A stretch of DNA of 64,000 bases from Takakia lepidozioides (Eukaryota; Plantae; Bryophyta): contig CM060732.1 of NCBI GenBank assembly GCA_030704615.1, positions 55,304,001 through 55,368,000 of the forward strand, written 5' to 3'. Under the pieces are notes generated by a model that was not told the DNA's origin, did no database searches, and was given only the letters and a program-made list of their open reading frames with translations. The stretch's first letter is position 1. Every line of letters begins with the position of its first letter. The translations under genes and the position numbers were made by a program. Positions 37,901-51,113 of this stretch are shown here, one piece after another.

Positions 37901-40900
37901 TTCAAAGGTAGGCTTCCTGCCCTGAGTTTAAATTTCAGTCTAGTGCCGAGAGTGGGTAGACCCTTGAGGTCATCCAAGATGTCCTCCCCCATGTCACAGA
38001 CTGGAAACAAGTTCAGGGAAGTTTTCTGCCTAACTTCATTTTCATCAGACAATCTCATGGCAACAGACATGGCTGAGGACACTACAGCCTCTAAGTCAGA
38101 TTTATCCAGCAGGGTCAAGACTTGCGGATCCAGGTCCAGGTCCTTGAGGATCTCTTCTACTCTCTTCTGCCAGGACTTAGCCTGTTTGACAGGGCGGTCC
38201 TGTTTCCAAGATATAGAGTCGATTAATTTAGGATATCTGGTGTTGGGCATATGTTGCAGCTGACCCCACCATCTGACCTTGAATTCATCTCGTCGGGAGC
38301 TAAAGGACGGAATGCCAAACTCACCCCGAACAGCCACATTGGCTGTTTTGGAGCATGCTGACATACACTCCTTAAGCACCCCCACTTGAATGGATTCTAG
38401 AGACTTAGCCTGGTTGGAGTTATCAACCCATATAGCAGATCCGTACTCCAAGGCAGGTCTAATAACGCGACAAAGCATGGTTTTTTTAACCTCAGAGTTG
38501 ACCCGTCTGCAGTGGAAAAATTTAGTGAGCCCCAGAGCTTTGCCCTTGCCAGTTTGAACAACTTTCCGGATATGTGCATCCCAATTACAATTGGAGGAGA
38601 ACTCAACGCCCAGGTAAGTGTAGGAAGGGAGGACCGGGATCTCTTGGCTACCCCACTGCCACTTAAGATCACTTCCTCCCTCTCCTCTGTCGTTGAATGC
38701 TACCACTGCACATTTGCTGACATTAGCCTCTAGCCCCCAAAGATCTAAGTATCTTTCGCGCAATCAATCAACTCCTGGAGATTGGTTGGAGTCTCCCTAT
38801 GCCTGCGAAGTCATCCGCAAACATAAGGGCTGGTATGGTGGTATCACCCACCCTTAACCCAAATCCCTCACTTTCCACATCCTCGAGGAGTTGATTGATG
38901 AAAACATTGAAGAGAAGAGGGGAGAGAGTACATCCTTGAGCTACACCTTGGTCTATGTCAAAGAAGTTGGACTTCTGTCCGTTAACAGTGACACAGCTTT
39001 TGGTGTGAGCATACAAGTTGTGGACAACTCTCCACATCTTTCCCTTGATCCCACAAGACCAGAGGCGGAACCATAGGCCATCTCTCCACACTGTGTCATA
39101 AGCCTTTTTGACATCCAGGAAAAAGACATAAGTGGGTTTCCCTTCTTTTTTCCTTCCCTGGATAATCTGGCTTAGAGTGAAGATATGATCCACACAGCCC
39201 CTGTTTCGCCGAAAGCCAGCTTGGCCTTCGTGGAAACAACCTCTAGACTCCAGATCAACCTCGAGACGAGTACTTATAACTCTGCAGAATGTCTTGCCAA
39301 CAGCATTGAGGAGCGTGATGCCACGGTAGATCCCCGGTTCTTCTCTGTCACCCTTCTTGTATAGATTGACAATGACCCCCTGTCGCCAGTGAAAGGGGAT
39401 CATTTCAGTCTTCCAGATAAGGTTAAAGAGGAGAACTAGGGCCTCTATCATGGGATCGCCACCGTGCTTGATAAGCTCGTTGACAATACCATCAGGTCCA
39501 CCAGCTTTATATCCATTTAAATGTTCAATTGCTTCCACAATCTCAGAAGAACTAATGGGAGCATTATAAGCCATTGAAATATACTCCAGTTCATCAGGGC
39601 TGTTTTGAATCATAGGAACAGTTTTTCCAACTGTGTCCCTCCATTCAGCAGAAGACCCCTCACTGTTAGACCTAGAAGTTCTGCCAAGGATACTGTAGTG
39701 AGTTTCAAAGGTTTTGACAACCGATGAAGTCACCACTGCACCTTTAGTAGTCTTCAGCGCTTGTACTTGCTGACCGTTTTTCGGTTTGTACGAACGTTGA
39801 AGGGCCAACCAGAATTTCTTGTCATTACCACCATGGTGGTTTGAGTTTATTTCACTGTATAACTTGTCCCAGTATAATTTCTTCTGAGACCTAACAAGCT
39901 GATTGATATCTTTACGGAGCTGGTAGTACCTTGCCCACAATTCTCTGTTGGTTCCAAATTGCAGCACTCTTTATAGAGGGCTCGTCTCTCAGCTATCTTG
40001 AGTTTAATCTCATTAGTCCACCAATTAACTGCTCTACCGCAGACAATTAGTTTCCTCCCAATGATCTTGTCAGCCACGGAGGAAACGAAACTCTCCCAAG
40101 AGTCCACTGCTCTTTCGACTTCATTTCTTGCGTTAACAGAGCGTGACTGAAGTTCTTGGAGCGATTGGACAAAATGAGGGAGAGCCTCTTGCAAGGCCTG
40201 GACGTACTCAGCCTTGACCTCCTCATTGTGGAATTTTTCTATGCGCCACTTCCGAATCGAACGTTTCACGGATCTCTTGGTGGTGGGAAAACACCTTTTG
40301 ATCTCAGTCCAAACCAGGAAGTGGTCAGAGGTACCAATATCAGTTCTGTCGATCAACACATTGGCACACTGGGGGAACAAAAGAGAGACAGAAAGAAGAA
40401 GTTTAATATAACATGGGAAGGGCCAAAGGGCCTTGGGACAGGTAGAAACGTAGTACCACAGAATTGAGTGCAAATGGGGAGAGAGAGACCGAGCTTGAAC
40501 TCTGAGTCCCTCTGCCATACACAATTAGACTTGTAGGGAGTGATGTGGCTGTCCTCCTTACTTTTAGTTCAGTTTCTGAATCTTCCTATATAGTGCAGTC
40601 AGTCTGACCACTCTTCCATGTTGTGGTTGCACTTGGGGTGTTTAGCTACCCACCCTATCTGGCTTCCCACTCATCTCAGCGTTTCTTGCTATGCCTGAGC
40701 GATGATCGAAGGAAAAAGAGAGAGTTGGGAGAGAAGGAATCAAGGAAGGAGCGGTAGAAAGTTTAGTGTCGACAGGGGGCTCCGAGGGGCCCATGGAACA
40801 AACTAGAAGAACAAGACAATCAAAGCTCTAGCTTTAAACCAAACCAAAACCAAAACCAAAACCAAAAGAGTTTTGAAGCTTCTTTTGACCAAATATGGTT

Positions 40901-42523
40901 TCTCAACTCTGCAGTGCATTGATCAATGCGTATGGAAAGGCAGGGCGACTGGCAAAGATGGATTTGGCATATGTTCTGATGCGTGTCACTGGAGTGTTGC
41001 CTAATCGTCATACCTTCTGTGCTCTCATTGATGGCTATGCGAAGGTTGGAATGGTGGAGAAGGCAGAAGCAATTGTTGATGATATGATCAAGGCAGGATT
41101 TGAATTGGATTTGGTTGCGTTCACATCCATTATCAATGCATATGGGAGCTCCAAAAGGTTTGAGGTAATGTTGCTTTGGTGGGGGGCAGGTGCAGTTTTG
41201 ATATTTGTGGGTGCTCAGGGATCTCCTTACAAGGAGCACAAAGTGGTAGTGACAGATTGCCTTCAATCATTGGTGCTCAGTCAAATGGGCATACTGTGAC
41301 TATCAGACAGGCCTGCCAAATGATAATATATAATGTTTCATTATTGATCAAGACTCCCAAGCTCAAAGTAAAGAATTGTGGTCTGTGGATATGAACAGGA
41401 ATGTTACTGCTGTTACCATCTGGTGTGAAACCCCATCCATTTGTGCATCCTTGGAACTTAGTCGTACCAGCCTAGTCTAGGTTAGGGAGGTAAACACAGA
41501 CAGAGAGGACAATAGACAGCAAACTACTCGGCATCTTTGATCAAATAAAAACAACCATGCAATATCATTAGATTAACAAGAAAAGCAATGTGTTTCAGGA
41601 CATGGCAGTCAGGTTCGAAGGCTTGAAAGCAGCAGGGCTGGAGCCAAGTTGCCAGACAATTGGTGCCCTCCTATCTGCCCTAGGTGCGTGCCACTCACAC
41701 AAAGAGGTCTCAGCATTACTGAGCTGCATCCGAAGCTGCAAGGCTTATCGGGTCATTGCATGGCTGCTGGAAGAAAGAGAGGAAGGTCAGGATCAAGACT
41801 CCCTCTGGAAACATGCTGTGGTCCTTTTTGAAGGTTTGCAATCTGAGGGGACTGCACCACGCCTGGTACTGTATGATGCCCTGGTCGAGGCTCTCTGGCG
41901 TTTCGGGTGGCAGGGGCGTGCATGGCAAGTACTCATGGCCGGGCGGGAGAGAGGCGTCTTTCCACATGGAAGAGTTTTGTTAGGAGAAGAACTCATGCTT
42001 GACCTGCACACACTATCAGTAAATGTTGCTCAGATTGTGCTGCTAGCATGGCTGTTGGATCTCGGATCTGTGTGCGTGGAAGGGGCTCTTCCGTATGAGC
42101 AGGTGATGTAATAATGCCATCGGCAAGTATTGTATGTGCATGGTGTTCTGCACCCTTTGCCTTTCAGAAGCCTGGTGCGCAGTTGGGGCCCTGTTAGGTG
42201 AACTTGTTTTCATGTTGTGTTTTGAGAAGGCCAGTGCATTCCTGCAAGTCTAACGTCTGAAAGGTACTTCGCAGGTTACTGTGGTAACAGGATGGGGAAG
42301 GAGGAGCCGGGTAGAAGGGGACTCACCCCTCAAGACAGCAGTTACCGCAAGGCTTTCTTCCATGGGCTCTCCGTTCAAGATCCCTGGTGAGAATGCTGGT
42401 CGTCTGGTTGCTTCTATCGACCAAGTGCATCAATGGCTGTCGAAAGAACACTTGGGGAGCCATCTTTACCCTGAGGATGCTGCTGTGCCTGGCCCAGACC
42501 ACTTACTGTGCCATTCTTGGTAG
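34367..42523 (+). CDS. P-class PPR protein with C-terminal SMR domain; exons ~34367-34735, 35286-36035, 36461-36679, ~36981-37210, 40914-41165, 41599-42102, 42275-42523
   Basis: Tandem 35-aa P repeats (e.g. PDAYVFTALLDAYGR, PDTTTYNTMLDAYGK). SMR motifs LDLHTLSV and VTGWGRRSRVEGDSPLK..SPF...NAGRL. Ser/Ala-rich transit-peptide-like N-terminus. Start may be 34268. Confidence 0.9.
34825..34943 (+). mobile_element. LINE 3'-end fragment with a (CT)n tail in PPR-SMR intron 1
   Basis: CTCAAACTGGGCACGGGGTCAATGGCCACAAGG..CAAACAACGTCTTATGAGTACA matches the end of the 37.5-kb LINE, followed by ~22 CT units. Confidence 0.85.
37470..40370 (-). mobile_element. 5'-truncated, frameshifted non-LTR retrotransposon (end of APE + RT + CCHC knuckle), antisense within a PPR-SMR intron
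   Basis: TSDH end of the endonuclease, YRGITLL, QAGFR, FLDVKKAYD, QGCTLSPLLF, FADD, C..CG..ED..H...HC. Split into four ORFs by frameshifts near 39960, 38765 and 37880. Confidence 0.93.
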
Positions 42524-44999
42524 TGCTGGATAGAAGTGTTACAAACAAACATGCTCTGGATCTATAGGAACTTCTTCGGAGCTCCCAATTCAACATCGCG
42601 GACTGAAATGTACATCATGTGTGCACTGTACTTCTGATCAAGGTAATCCCAGAAAATTTCTAAAGATGTAATCTTTGGCTTACTCTGTCTATAAACTTCC
42701 TTTAGACACAAAGTTATAGCATGTTTACAAGAAAGCAGGTCCACCATCTTGTATTACCTACAATCACTTGCCATACATTAGATCTCTGGAGCATCTTTGA
42801 GATCAATGTACTATTATCAGCTATGCTCTTCCTGAGACCTGACTGCTGGATTGTGGTCTCTTATACTACTATAACTAGGCCAATTCTGTGGCTACAGGCA
42901 GTTTTACCCCACAATTGGGGCCTGAAAGTAGATTGACTCTTTGTACACAAAAGTGTTTGCATCTCAAGTGTCCTCACATTGGAGATCACTACTCAGATGA
43001 TAATACCTGAGTTGAGCATGGGTTGAGTGCTATGAAAATAGAAATGTAAATTATAAATTAAAATAATACTATTTCTATTTTCTAGCGAATTATGGTGGGG
43101 TTTGGAGGGGGAACACCCCATCCGCCTAGATTTAGTCACCCAAGCAAATTTTGCATGGAAACCCTGCTACCTTGAAATATCTAAAGAACCATGGTTTGAT
43201 GGAAATGCAATCGCATTCAACCAAGTTTTGTGATGGTCTCCGACAAAATTCGTCCCAGACTGATTACTCATATTGCTAAGGGGCACAATTCTGACCGATC
43301 TCTTTTCTTTTGCAGAAATGGGAAATATGTCTGAGTGCGTGACTTGTAAGTGGATCTCTACGTCAAAGTATGGTCGAAACTCCTTTGTCAAGTCCATTTA
43401 ATAGTCCCCGGCTTGGTGGTAGCCCCATGAGCTCGTTCTCGTCCGTCATTGCGCATCCACAAGCCGCAGGAGTACCTTACGTTCCGATAGTAGTACCCTC
43501 CGAGTTAGTACCCTTATCGTCTTGTGGTCTCTGGTCTGAAAGTAGTGGAGGGTTTTCATCTGCTGCAAAATAACCATATGAGGTAAGGATCCGTCTTCTT
43601 AAAGCATGGTCTTTGGATTTCCCCCCAGCCACCCTGCAACCCTCCCCATCAGGGTCCAGCTGAGATACTACTTGCCGCAGCCTTTGTCCAGGGTTCCTGC
43701 ACCAGAGCACATGCTTTTGTGAGATAGGAGAGAGATTCTTGAAAGAGATGTCCCTGATTAGCTGTGCTGTAAGGGAAGAGTAAATGTATTTTGTTGTCAA
43801 GCCGTTATGCTCTGCTTCCTGTGAATATTGCAGTTATTTGGTCAGGACTCGGTGAGTGGGACCAATGTGAAGAACAAACATTGATTTTCTTAATTTTGAA
43901 CCACGTTTCTGAGGGCAGCCCTTGATGGTCAGAATCCAACAAAGATCACCTTGCCCCAGGACCCTAATTCTTAGAACAGGTTTTGTGGCACACACAAGTC
44001 TCAGCATGAACCATTAATTGGTCCAATCGGTAGCCAATGTCAATGCTAGTGATTACAGCTTGATTTGCAGTGAGCTACAGTACACGCTGGAGTAAGGTGA
44101 GGCCACTGTTTAATGCTTGAATTTCAAGTGATCTAATTCCAGTCACTTGTTCTCAAACAGTTTTGTGATGGATTTGCATGAGTTGCAGACAGGTCTACAG
44201 GTCTGGAGAAGTACGTTATATGTGGCTGAGTACATTACACCCAAATATATCATACTTTCCCCAAATCTAACATACTCCCGCTATAATTTTCGTTTCTTAG
44301 CGCTGGGTAAAGCCTCAGCCTTGGCCATTTACTGGTCCTGGGCCCTAGGTCTGGGGCTGTGCCCTCGACCTGACCTTGAACCACGTAATGGCCTCATGCT
44401 GAGGCTTTACCCTATACATAAAGACCAAGAAACATCAAGCCCGGATATCTAGGGGAAACAAGCACAAAAAGAGAGGAATGCAATTGTTCTTCACTCTCAA
44501 GTCCCATTCAAATCCACACATCAGGATAAGCTCTGAATTCAAGATGTTCTTCACACCAAGGTGTGTAGCATTGTTTTGATGCGGGTACTGTCCCTTTGGG
44601 GGGATGTGTATCAAAAAGGGCCTACCTATTGTGTGACCTGTTGGCCACTTTATATTAAATAGAGGAAAAAATAACCTCTCATGACAGGCCATGGAGGCTG
44701 AGAAAGGGGACGCCGCCCCCATTCCAGGAGGCCAATTTAAATTTTAGTTTGTATGCAGTATTCATGGGGCTCTCACCAGCTTCAGATATTTGGACTCCCT
44801 TTTTTTTTTTTTTAAATAGTTTGGAACTCCCTATTCATAGAAACAAGAAAATAAAATAAAAATAAAAATAAAATAAAAAAAACAAGATGTTAGTAAGTCT
44901 GATCATATATATATGTTGTACTTTTAGGCTTATCTCAATGTCTGTGACGTGTCTTTAAGTATATGTCATTCTTACACATATTATTAAACTGCTATGTAC

Positions 45000-45962
45000 T
45001 ATAGAAGGCGCCCGGTAGCACCATTCTGCTCGGTAAGCTGCGAGCCAGAATTCGAGGACGGGCAGCAAACCGAGCAGAATGATGCTGCCCAGCGCCTTCA
45101 ATGGCGTTAAGGTGTGGGGTGGAATTTTCTGCTGTTGAATTTTCTGGAAGCCATTCTGCATACAGAATGGCGAGTTTGTGATCCGGAAGCCATTCTGCAT
45201 GCAGAATGGTGACCATATGAGTGGTGGGGGCGCGGCCTGATTTTCGGCCTGAGAATCCTCTGCGTTTGGGGCAGAAATGCCACCCCAGACCTTAACCAAC
45301 TAGGTAGCACCCTGCTTATAGGCTACGACCAGAAGCGTTGAGCGGCAGATAGGAACCGCCTTGGCGTTGCCCATAAGCGAGGCGCTACCTTGCGCTACGT
45401 AGCGCACTGGTAAAAGGATGGACTCCCTCACCCTCCGATCATCTTCCGGTACCACCTAAGGCTGTCATTCTTTGGCGTCATGGCCTAGGCGCCACTTCAT
45501 CTACAAGCAGGCATAGTTACGGTAAAACCCGTCAAAATCTGTAGTAGGCAGGTTGGAAAAATATGATCAGTAGGTAGGAAAAGTGGGAGGAGATAGTTCT
45601 CTACAGGATATAGCCTGGCATCCTCTCAGTCTGTGGGACAGCGACACGACGGCGAGATCCCTTTACCAGTGCAGGTAGCCGGAGAGGCGAGACCCGCTAC
45701 GGGGTGTAGCCGGACACCAGGACTGTCGAGACGCGGTAGCGTCAAAGGATTCCCTGGTGTCAGGCACACCCGCTCCCCCTCTGGTTCCTGGACGTAGTAT
45801 TGAGCCACTAATGCACATTTTTTGTACAGGGTGTAGTAGAGCTGGCGGTGGTGGGCTATGCCGGGTGACAGGCCTGTCCAGGACAAGTTAAACGCTGCCA
45901 CGTAGGCAAAATGCCTCCAAACCTCGGTTATGTTTTGCATGCTGTTGTAATGGTGTGCCGGA
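45000..45962. other. GC-rich island of consecutive and nested inverted repeats (structured RNA or fold-back element)
   Basis: Stems: 45004-45041/45062-45099; 45106-45132/45271-45296; 45302-45327/45365-45390; 45404-45419/45657-45672; 45702-45721/45753-45771. Perfect palindromes at 45190-45209 and 45391-45406. Confidence 0.7.
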
Positions 45963-46189
45963 GTATTTTAATTTTTCCATCGAATATTCGATAATAAAGT
46001 TTTCCAATCTGGCTGTTTTCTTAATAATAATATGTAGAGGATAATATATTCTATTTTTTTATTTTATAGCTGGTGGATCATTAGCTAATTTTAGCAAAAC
46101 AATTACTTTTAAAACATGTATATAGAAATTAAGCTTGATCATCTGTATTTCACCTAAGTTATTTGAGCTTTTTGGTTATGAAGATGTTG

Positions 46190-47528
46190 TCATTCCTCGT
46201 CTCCCATCCATCCAATACGTTTGAGTTCATTATCATAAATAAATACATGGTCTCGCATCAAAAAAGCTACAAGTTCAACAAAAAAATTTAAATCTCAAAT
46301 GATCACTACATTAAAGAACCTTATTATAAAGGATTATCAGTTTATATGCAATGGTTAAATTTAAAAAATCCAATTTAAAATTAAAAAAAATAAAAAAATA
46401 AAACACCAACAACAACTATTGTAAATCTTGTGACTTACTTCTGAAGACATTTATTATAGAATATCAGTACATGTTTTTGCATCATGTGAGGTAAGAAATC
46501 TGATAAAATTAATATAACACTATAAAGTATAGATTACTACACAATGACAGGCCAACATTTTCTAACTAACATGAATAAATTATCAGTGAATTTGATTACT
46601 TTAGTTTTTGGCCAAATCTACTCTATTAGAATCATAATATATTCTGCCTATTAATGGATCAATAGGAAATAATTTATCGTTATTTTTGAATATATACATA
46701 CCTCCAAATAAATTATAATCTGGTTCTTCGTTGGGATTTTGTGGTGGGAGAATAACGAAACAAGCCATTACTGTATTTCCATCCTGCATTAGATTAGACT
46801 ACTAGTAAATACACATGGACCTCCTCATCTCATTTCAATGCGATCGTGTTTTTATGACATGCCAATTATAAATATAAATCACATCTGTATCGGGGTTACA
46901 TATCCTAAGGCTCAATATATTGATGTTGTCCACCATACATCCTAAATGAATAGGGAAAGACCAGCCTTGTCAAACTTTTTATTTTTATTTTTTCCCCCAA
47001 GGCATTCGCCAATTAGTTTATTAGAGGGGAAAAAATAAACCCCATTGATGCCATAAGGCGTAAAACACATCCATTGGGTGAGTACCAAAGTACAGAGTAT
47101 GGTACAACAAATAGTTTAACCACTTTTTCTTTTTCTTTTAAAGGGAAACACCTGGGAGCGACAGCTCAGAAATCAGGCCGCTGATAGTGAGAGGCGAAAA
47201 TAACCTCTTTCACAGTAACTGTAACATGGAGGCTGAGAAATGGGACACCGGGGGAGAAGAATATACCATACCCGTCAAGTAGCAGGATTTGACCCCAGAA
47301 TCATCTGGGTGGCACTCAGTGCACTAACCAACTGAGCTACTGACTGAGGGTACCATTTTCTTTTCTTTTTTAATAAAAGGCATTGGCCAATTGATTAATT
47401 TTAGGGGAAAAGTGGTACCACTTACTTGTTTCAAATATTTGTTCAAATATACATTGGGATCAATTTCCAAAGTTTCTCCATCCTGAAATTGTAAAAGTAT
47501 ATTATCCAAATTATAGGCAAGGCCGTCG
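46190..47528 (-). pseudogene. C-terminal exons of a nucellin-like A1 aspartic protease (47528-47426, 46783-46702, 46266-46190)
   Basis: Spliced reading DNILLQFQDGETLEIDPNVYLNKYLKQ|DGNTVMACFVIL..NLFG|AFLMRDHVFIYDNELKRIGW. GT-AG with matching phases. TGA stands where the terminal Cys is expected. No 5' exons adjacent. Confidence 0.75.
47270..47350 (-). mobile_element. tRNA-derived SINE-like head
   Basis: Minus strand shows GTAGCTCAGTTGGTTAGTGCAC (A box) ... GGGTCAAATCC (B box-like), with no intact cloverleaf. Similar remnants at ~2725-2785 and ~3895-3960. Confidence 0.5.
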
Positions 47529-48320
47529 CTGTGTCAAAATGAAATAATTAGAGTTTTACAGTATAGATGATATCATACATATTAAATCCAATTATAATTT
47601 ATTGTTATATATAATATCTATTTGTAGCACATGTAAATAAGATCATGAGAGGAAAACCACAATGCAGTAGCCAAGGCCGCACATTAGAAAAGGCCCGGGC
47701 GTTCAATGCGACCCCTTCGGTCCTACCTGCATGCCACCCCCCGCCACCCCAGCCGCACCCCCTTCCCTGGCTCCTGCGCGGCTCGTGGTCGTTGCGCCCC
47801 GGGGCCCCCTCGCACCCGCGCCAGCCCACCCCTCACGCACCCCCCCCCCCCCCCGACCCCCATCCCCCTGCCCGCCCGCCGGCCGTCACCACACCATAGA
47901 ACTCTGTGGCACATGACACCTGTCACCACAACCCAACATCGCGCGCGGGACACATCGTGAGTCGAAAACATGGATCCATACATGGCAGATGACACATACA
48001 TGATGGTCACGAAAGTAACATGATGACCATCACGAAAGTCACATGATGACCATAGGCGTGAAGCCCCCACATATGCATGTATATAGAAGGTTGTACATGT
48101 TCAAATTTGAAATTTAGTATTATTTTATGGATTGGGTCTACTTCTGGATTTAGGATGGATGTATGTAGGTACAGATGGATGAGACCAGGAAGTATGTGTA
48201 ATGAGAGGCAACCTCCAATCGTCACCTTCCTTTCATGGTCCTCTCAAACTGTTCTGACCACGAAAGCTCAACGTGCATCCAGTACCAGCCGTGCCTCAGG
48301 TCCCTGAATTGCACCACGAT

Positions 48321-51113
48321 ATGTCTGTTGCCGAGAATGAAGAAAACATTGCATCCCATCTTGTTTTGCTGCTTCGAAACCAAGTTCAAATGCCCTGTGT
48401 AGGTGCTTTTAACCATCATGTACTACAGTGGCGTTTCCAATGGCATGGCAAGCCTCCTGGCCAAAACTCTGCCGAAGTCGCCTACATTCCCTGGAATCGA
48501 GTTGCTGATTTCATTACAGGGGAGTCTTCCCGTTCAGATGGCCCATGCACTTTCAGCAAGCATCAGCAAAGATTCCATCTGGAGGGGTCTCTCTTAGCTC
48601 CTCGCAGCAACAGTGCTAAGACTACAACAAGGTACATTGGGCTGCAGGTCATGTGTTGCAAGGGCTACTGAGTGATTTCCATGAATGTTCGAGTGCCTGA
48701 ATCCCCTTGGTGTCATAGTAACGGAATTTTTTTTTGTTATTGTAGGTATCAGTGCTCATATGGTCCACAGGACAGAACTAGTTCCCTCTTGGAGGTTACC
48801 CTGCAATGGCACACAAGAAACGCCGAGTGAAGCCTGCAAAGAAGAAGGGGAGGAAGCCAAGAGCCACAGTCGCTTCCACTGAAGCAAAGCCAAAACAAAT
48901 GAGGACCACACAAACAAAATCGGGGGAAGGTATCAAGAGGGGATGCATGTGCAGGTTTGTAGTGAAGCAATGCTATGTGGACCCTGATATTGCAAAGCTG
49001 GTCTATTATGGAGACATGTGAATGGGGCTGGACAGGTCTGCCATGGACCTGCGCATCAAGTAGGTCGCGTTTCATTAGCTCCCCACCTGAGCGATGAGAT
49101 GAAATCATGGGTGTTACACAATCTCCGTCTCGGACTAAGCATCAACAAGATAATGGCCAAGCACACGCAGAGGGTGAGGGAAATCATGGATGGGGGGTTC
49201 GAGGTTACTCGTGACACCTTCCTTCTTTCAAATGACCCGAAATATTGCCAACAAGTGCGATGAAAAAACATTCAAAAAGCACTCCAATGATGCACAAACT
49301 GTCCGAATGTGGGTGCATGAAAACCCAGGAAGCGTTTTCTACTACCAGGAAGAGTCTAATCACCCTGCTTGGACGTTGAATGACAGAAAACTTGACCTTC
49401 CATTTGTGCTTGGCATACAAACTGATTGGCAGATGAAACGGATGCTCAAACACGGCCATCATCGCATAGTTGCTTGTGATGCAACCTTTGGAACGAATGA
49501 AAAGAAGGTTCGTCAGATTGTTAACCCAAATTCCTTGAAAGCATGACAAATTACGTTCTTCATGTGAAGTACTATGTTTTGCAACCATTCCCTTTCAAGT
49601 CACTTCAGTTACACATGATTGTTGTTGCAGTACCCGTTATATACCATGATGGTATTCGACAACTGGCTGAATGGTATTCCAGCGGCTTACATTATCACTG
49701 CAAGGTGCAGAACCAGCGATCTGACGCCTTGGATGGAGGCACTAAACTAACAAATGACAAGTCGGCAAGTAGACTGGCGTCCCAATGCATTTATTGTGGA
49801 TGACGCTGATGCTGAAATTGCTGCCATTAGGTACGTCCATGAACTCAGGGCTACCATGATCTCTTGGTTACACATGAATTTCAGTTTACCTACCTGATAA
49901 GAGAACAGATCTGTTTGGGGGGATTATGCTGTTTTCTTGTGCTTGTGGCATGTTCGCCGAGCCTGGCAGAAGAATGCAATTGCAAAGGTGAAAGACCCCA
50001 TATTGCAAGCGGCTATCTTACAAGACCTGGCACAGATCATGTACGATAGAAGGGAGACCTCTGGGGATGCAGGTGAAGCATGGGCCGTATTCAAAATTCT
50101 GGACCTGTGGGAGAAGTACCCTTCTGAGACAGAATTTTGCACCTACATGGAGACAGAGTGGCTTCCAAAAGCCAAAATGTGGATGAAGGGATCCCGCAAT
50201 ATACCTCATGCCTCTCAAGACACTAATGCTGCCATAGAAGCATACCACGGGAACCTGAAAGCGCAATTGAAGAGCAACAAAACCGTGCTCGGTAGTAGGC
50301 GGGTGGATTGGCTCATCTCTGAACTGACAGGTGATGTGCTAACCCATTACTGGTACATGTCACATGCAAAGGCATATGGTTTCATCCGAAACAAGCGACA
50401 GGAGGGATTTGTCTGCACTTCAATCTTGCTTGCCAAGGACATTCCAGATGCCAATGTGCATCTGCCTCATACACCCGGAGGCATTGCAACAGTTCAATGC
50501 CACCGCCATTTGGGTATGACATATACTATCCACAATCCGGATTCTAAATGGGCATGTTGTGATTGTCATTGGGCCCAGAAAGGAAATATGTGTGCACACC
50601 AGGTGAAAGTTCTGAAGATGTTGCACCCCCAAGTGGAGGATGGGCTGATTGTAAAGTTATGTGGTTCCCTCATGGGCACATGTAAAGGTGGCCAGAACAA
50701 CTTGATGACTGGTCATGACTCCCCTTCTTCCATCCCATCCTCTTCACAAACTCCCCCAGGTCTGACCTCCCCTTCAATGGCTCATAGAACATCTGTTGGT
50801 CGAAGTCCATTGCCCAGCCTACCTGCCCTTATCTCCACAGAGTGGCAAACTATTCTTGAACTGACGAATAACAACATTTTTCTCCAGCAACACCTTGGTG
50901 AGAGCTACAAAAGGAAAGATTTTGGACCTCACTGCCATGATGGAGGAGGGTCTTCAGTACCCTGCTGGGGAGCTTGTTATGACTGCTGTTGATGATGGGA
51001 ATGGAAAGACACTTGCGCGCTACAAAGACTTTTTGGAGAGGAATGGCTACTCGGGAAATTACCCACCCGTGCCCTCAGATTCTAGGACCAGGAAGAGGTT
51101 GTACACCGGCTGA
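48321..51113 (+). pseudogene. MULE-type transposase with SWIM zinc finger, disrupted
   Basis: KRGCMCRF, FVLGIQTDWQ, CDATFGTN, FIVDDA, LCLWHVRRAW, TNAAIEAYH, SWIM CDC..GNMCAH. In-frame TAA at 49748-49750 and apparent frameshifts near 49020, 49230 and 50900. Confidence 0.88.

Noticed and set aside
43160-43800. Minus-strand ORFs as a gene
   Set aside because: Short and discontinuous, with faint resemblance to a decayed L1 C-terminus. Insufficient support.
25522-44880. Microsatellites (CTTC)n 25522, (AT)n 29514, (AAAACC)n 40835, (AAAAT)n 44848
   Set aside because: Ordinary simple repeats with no further structure.
47270-47350. Functional tRNA gene
   Set aside because: A and B boxes only; the acceptor and anticodon stems do not form convincingly.
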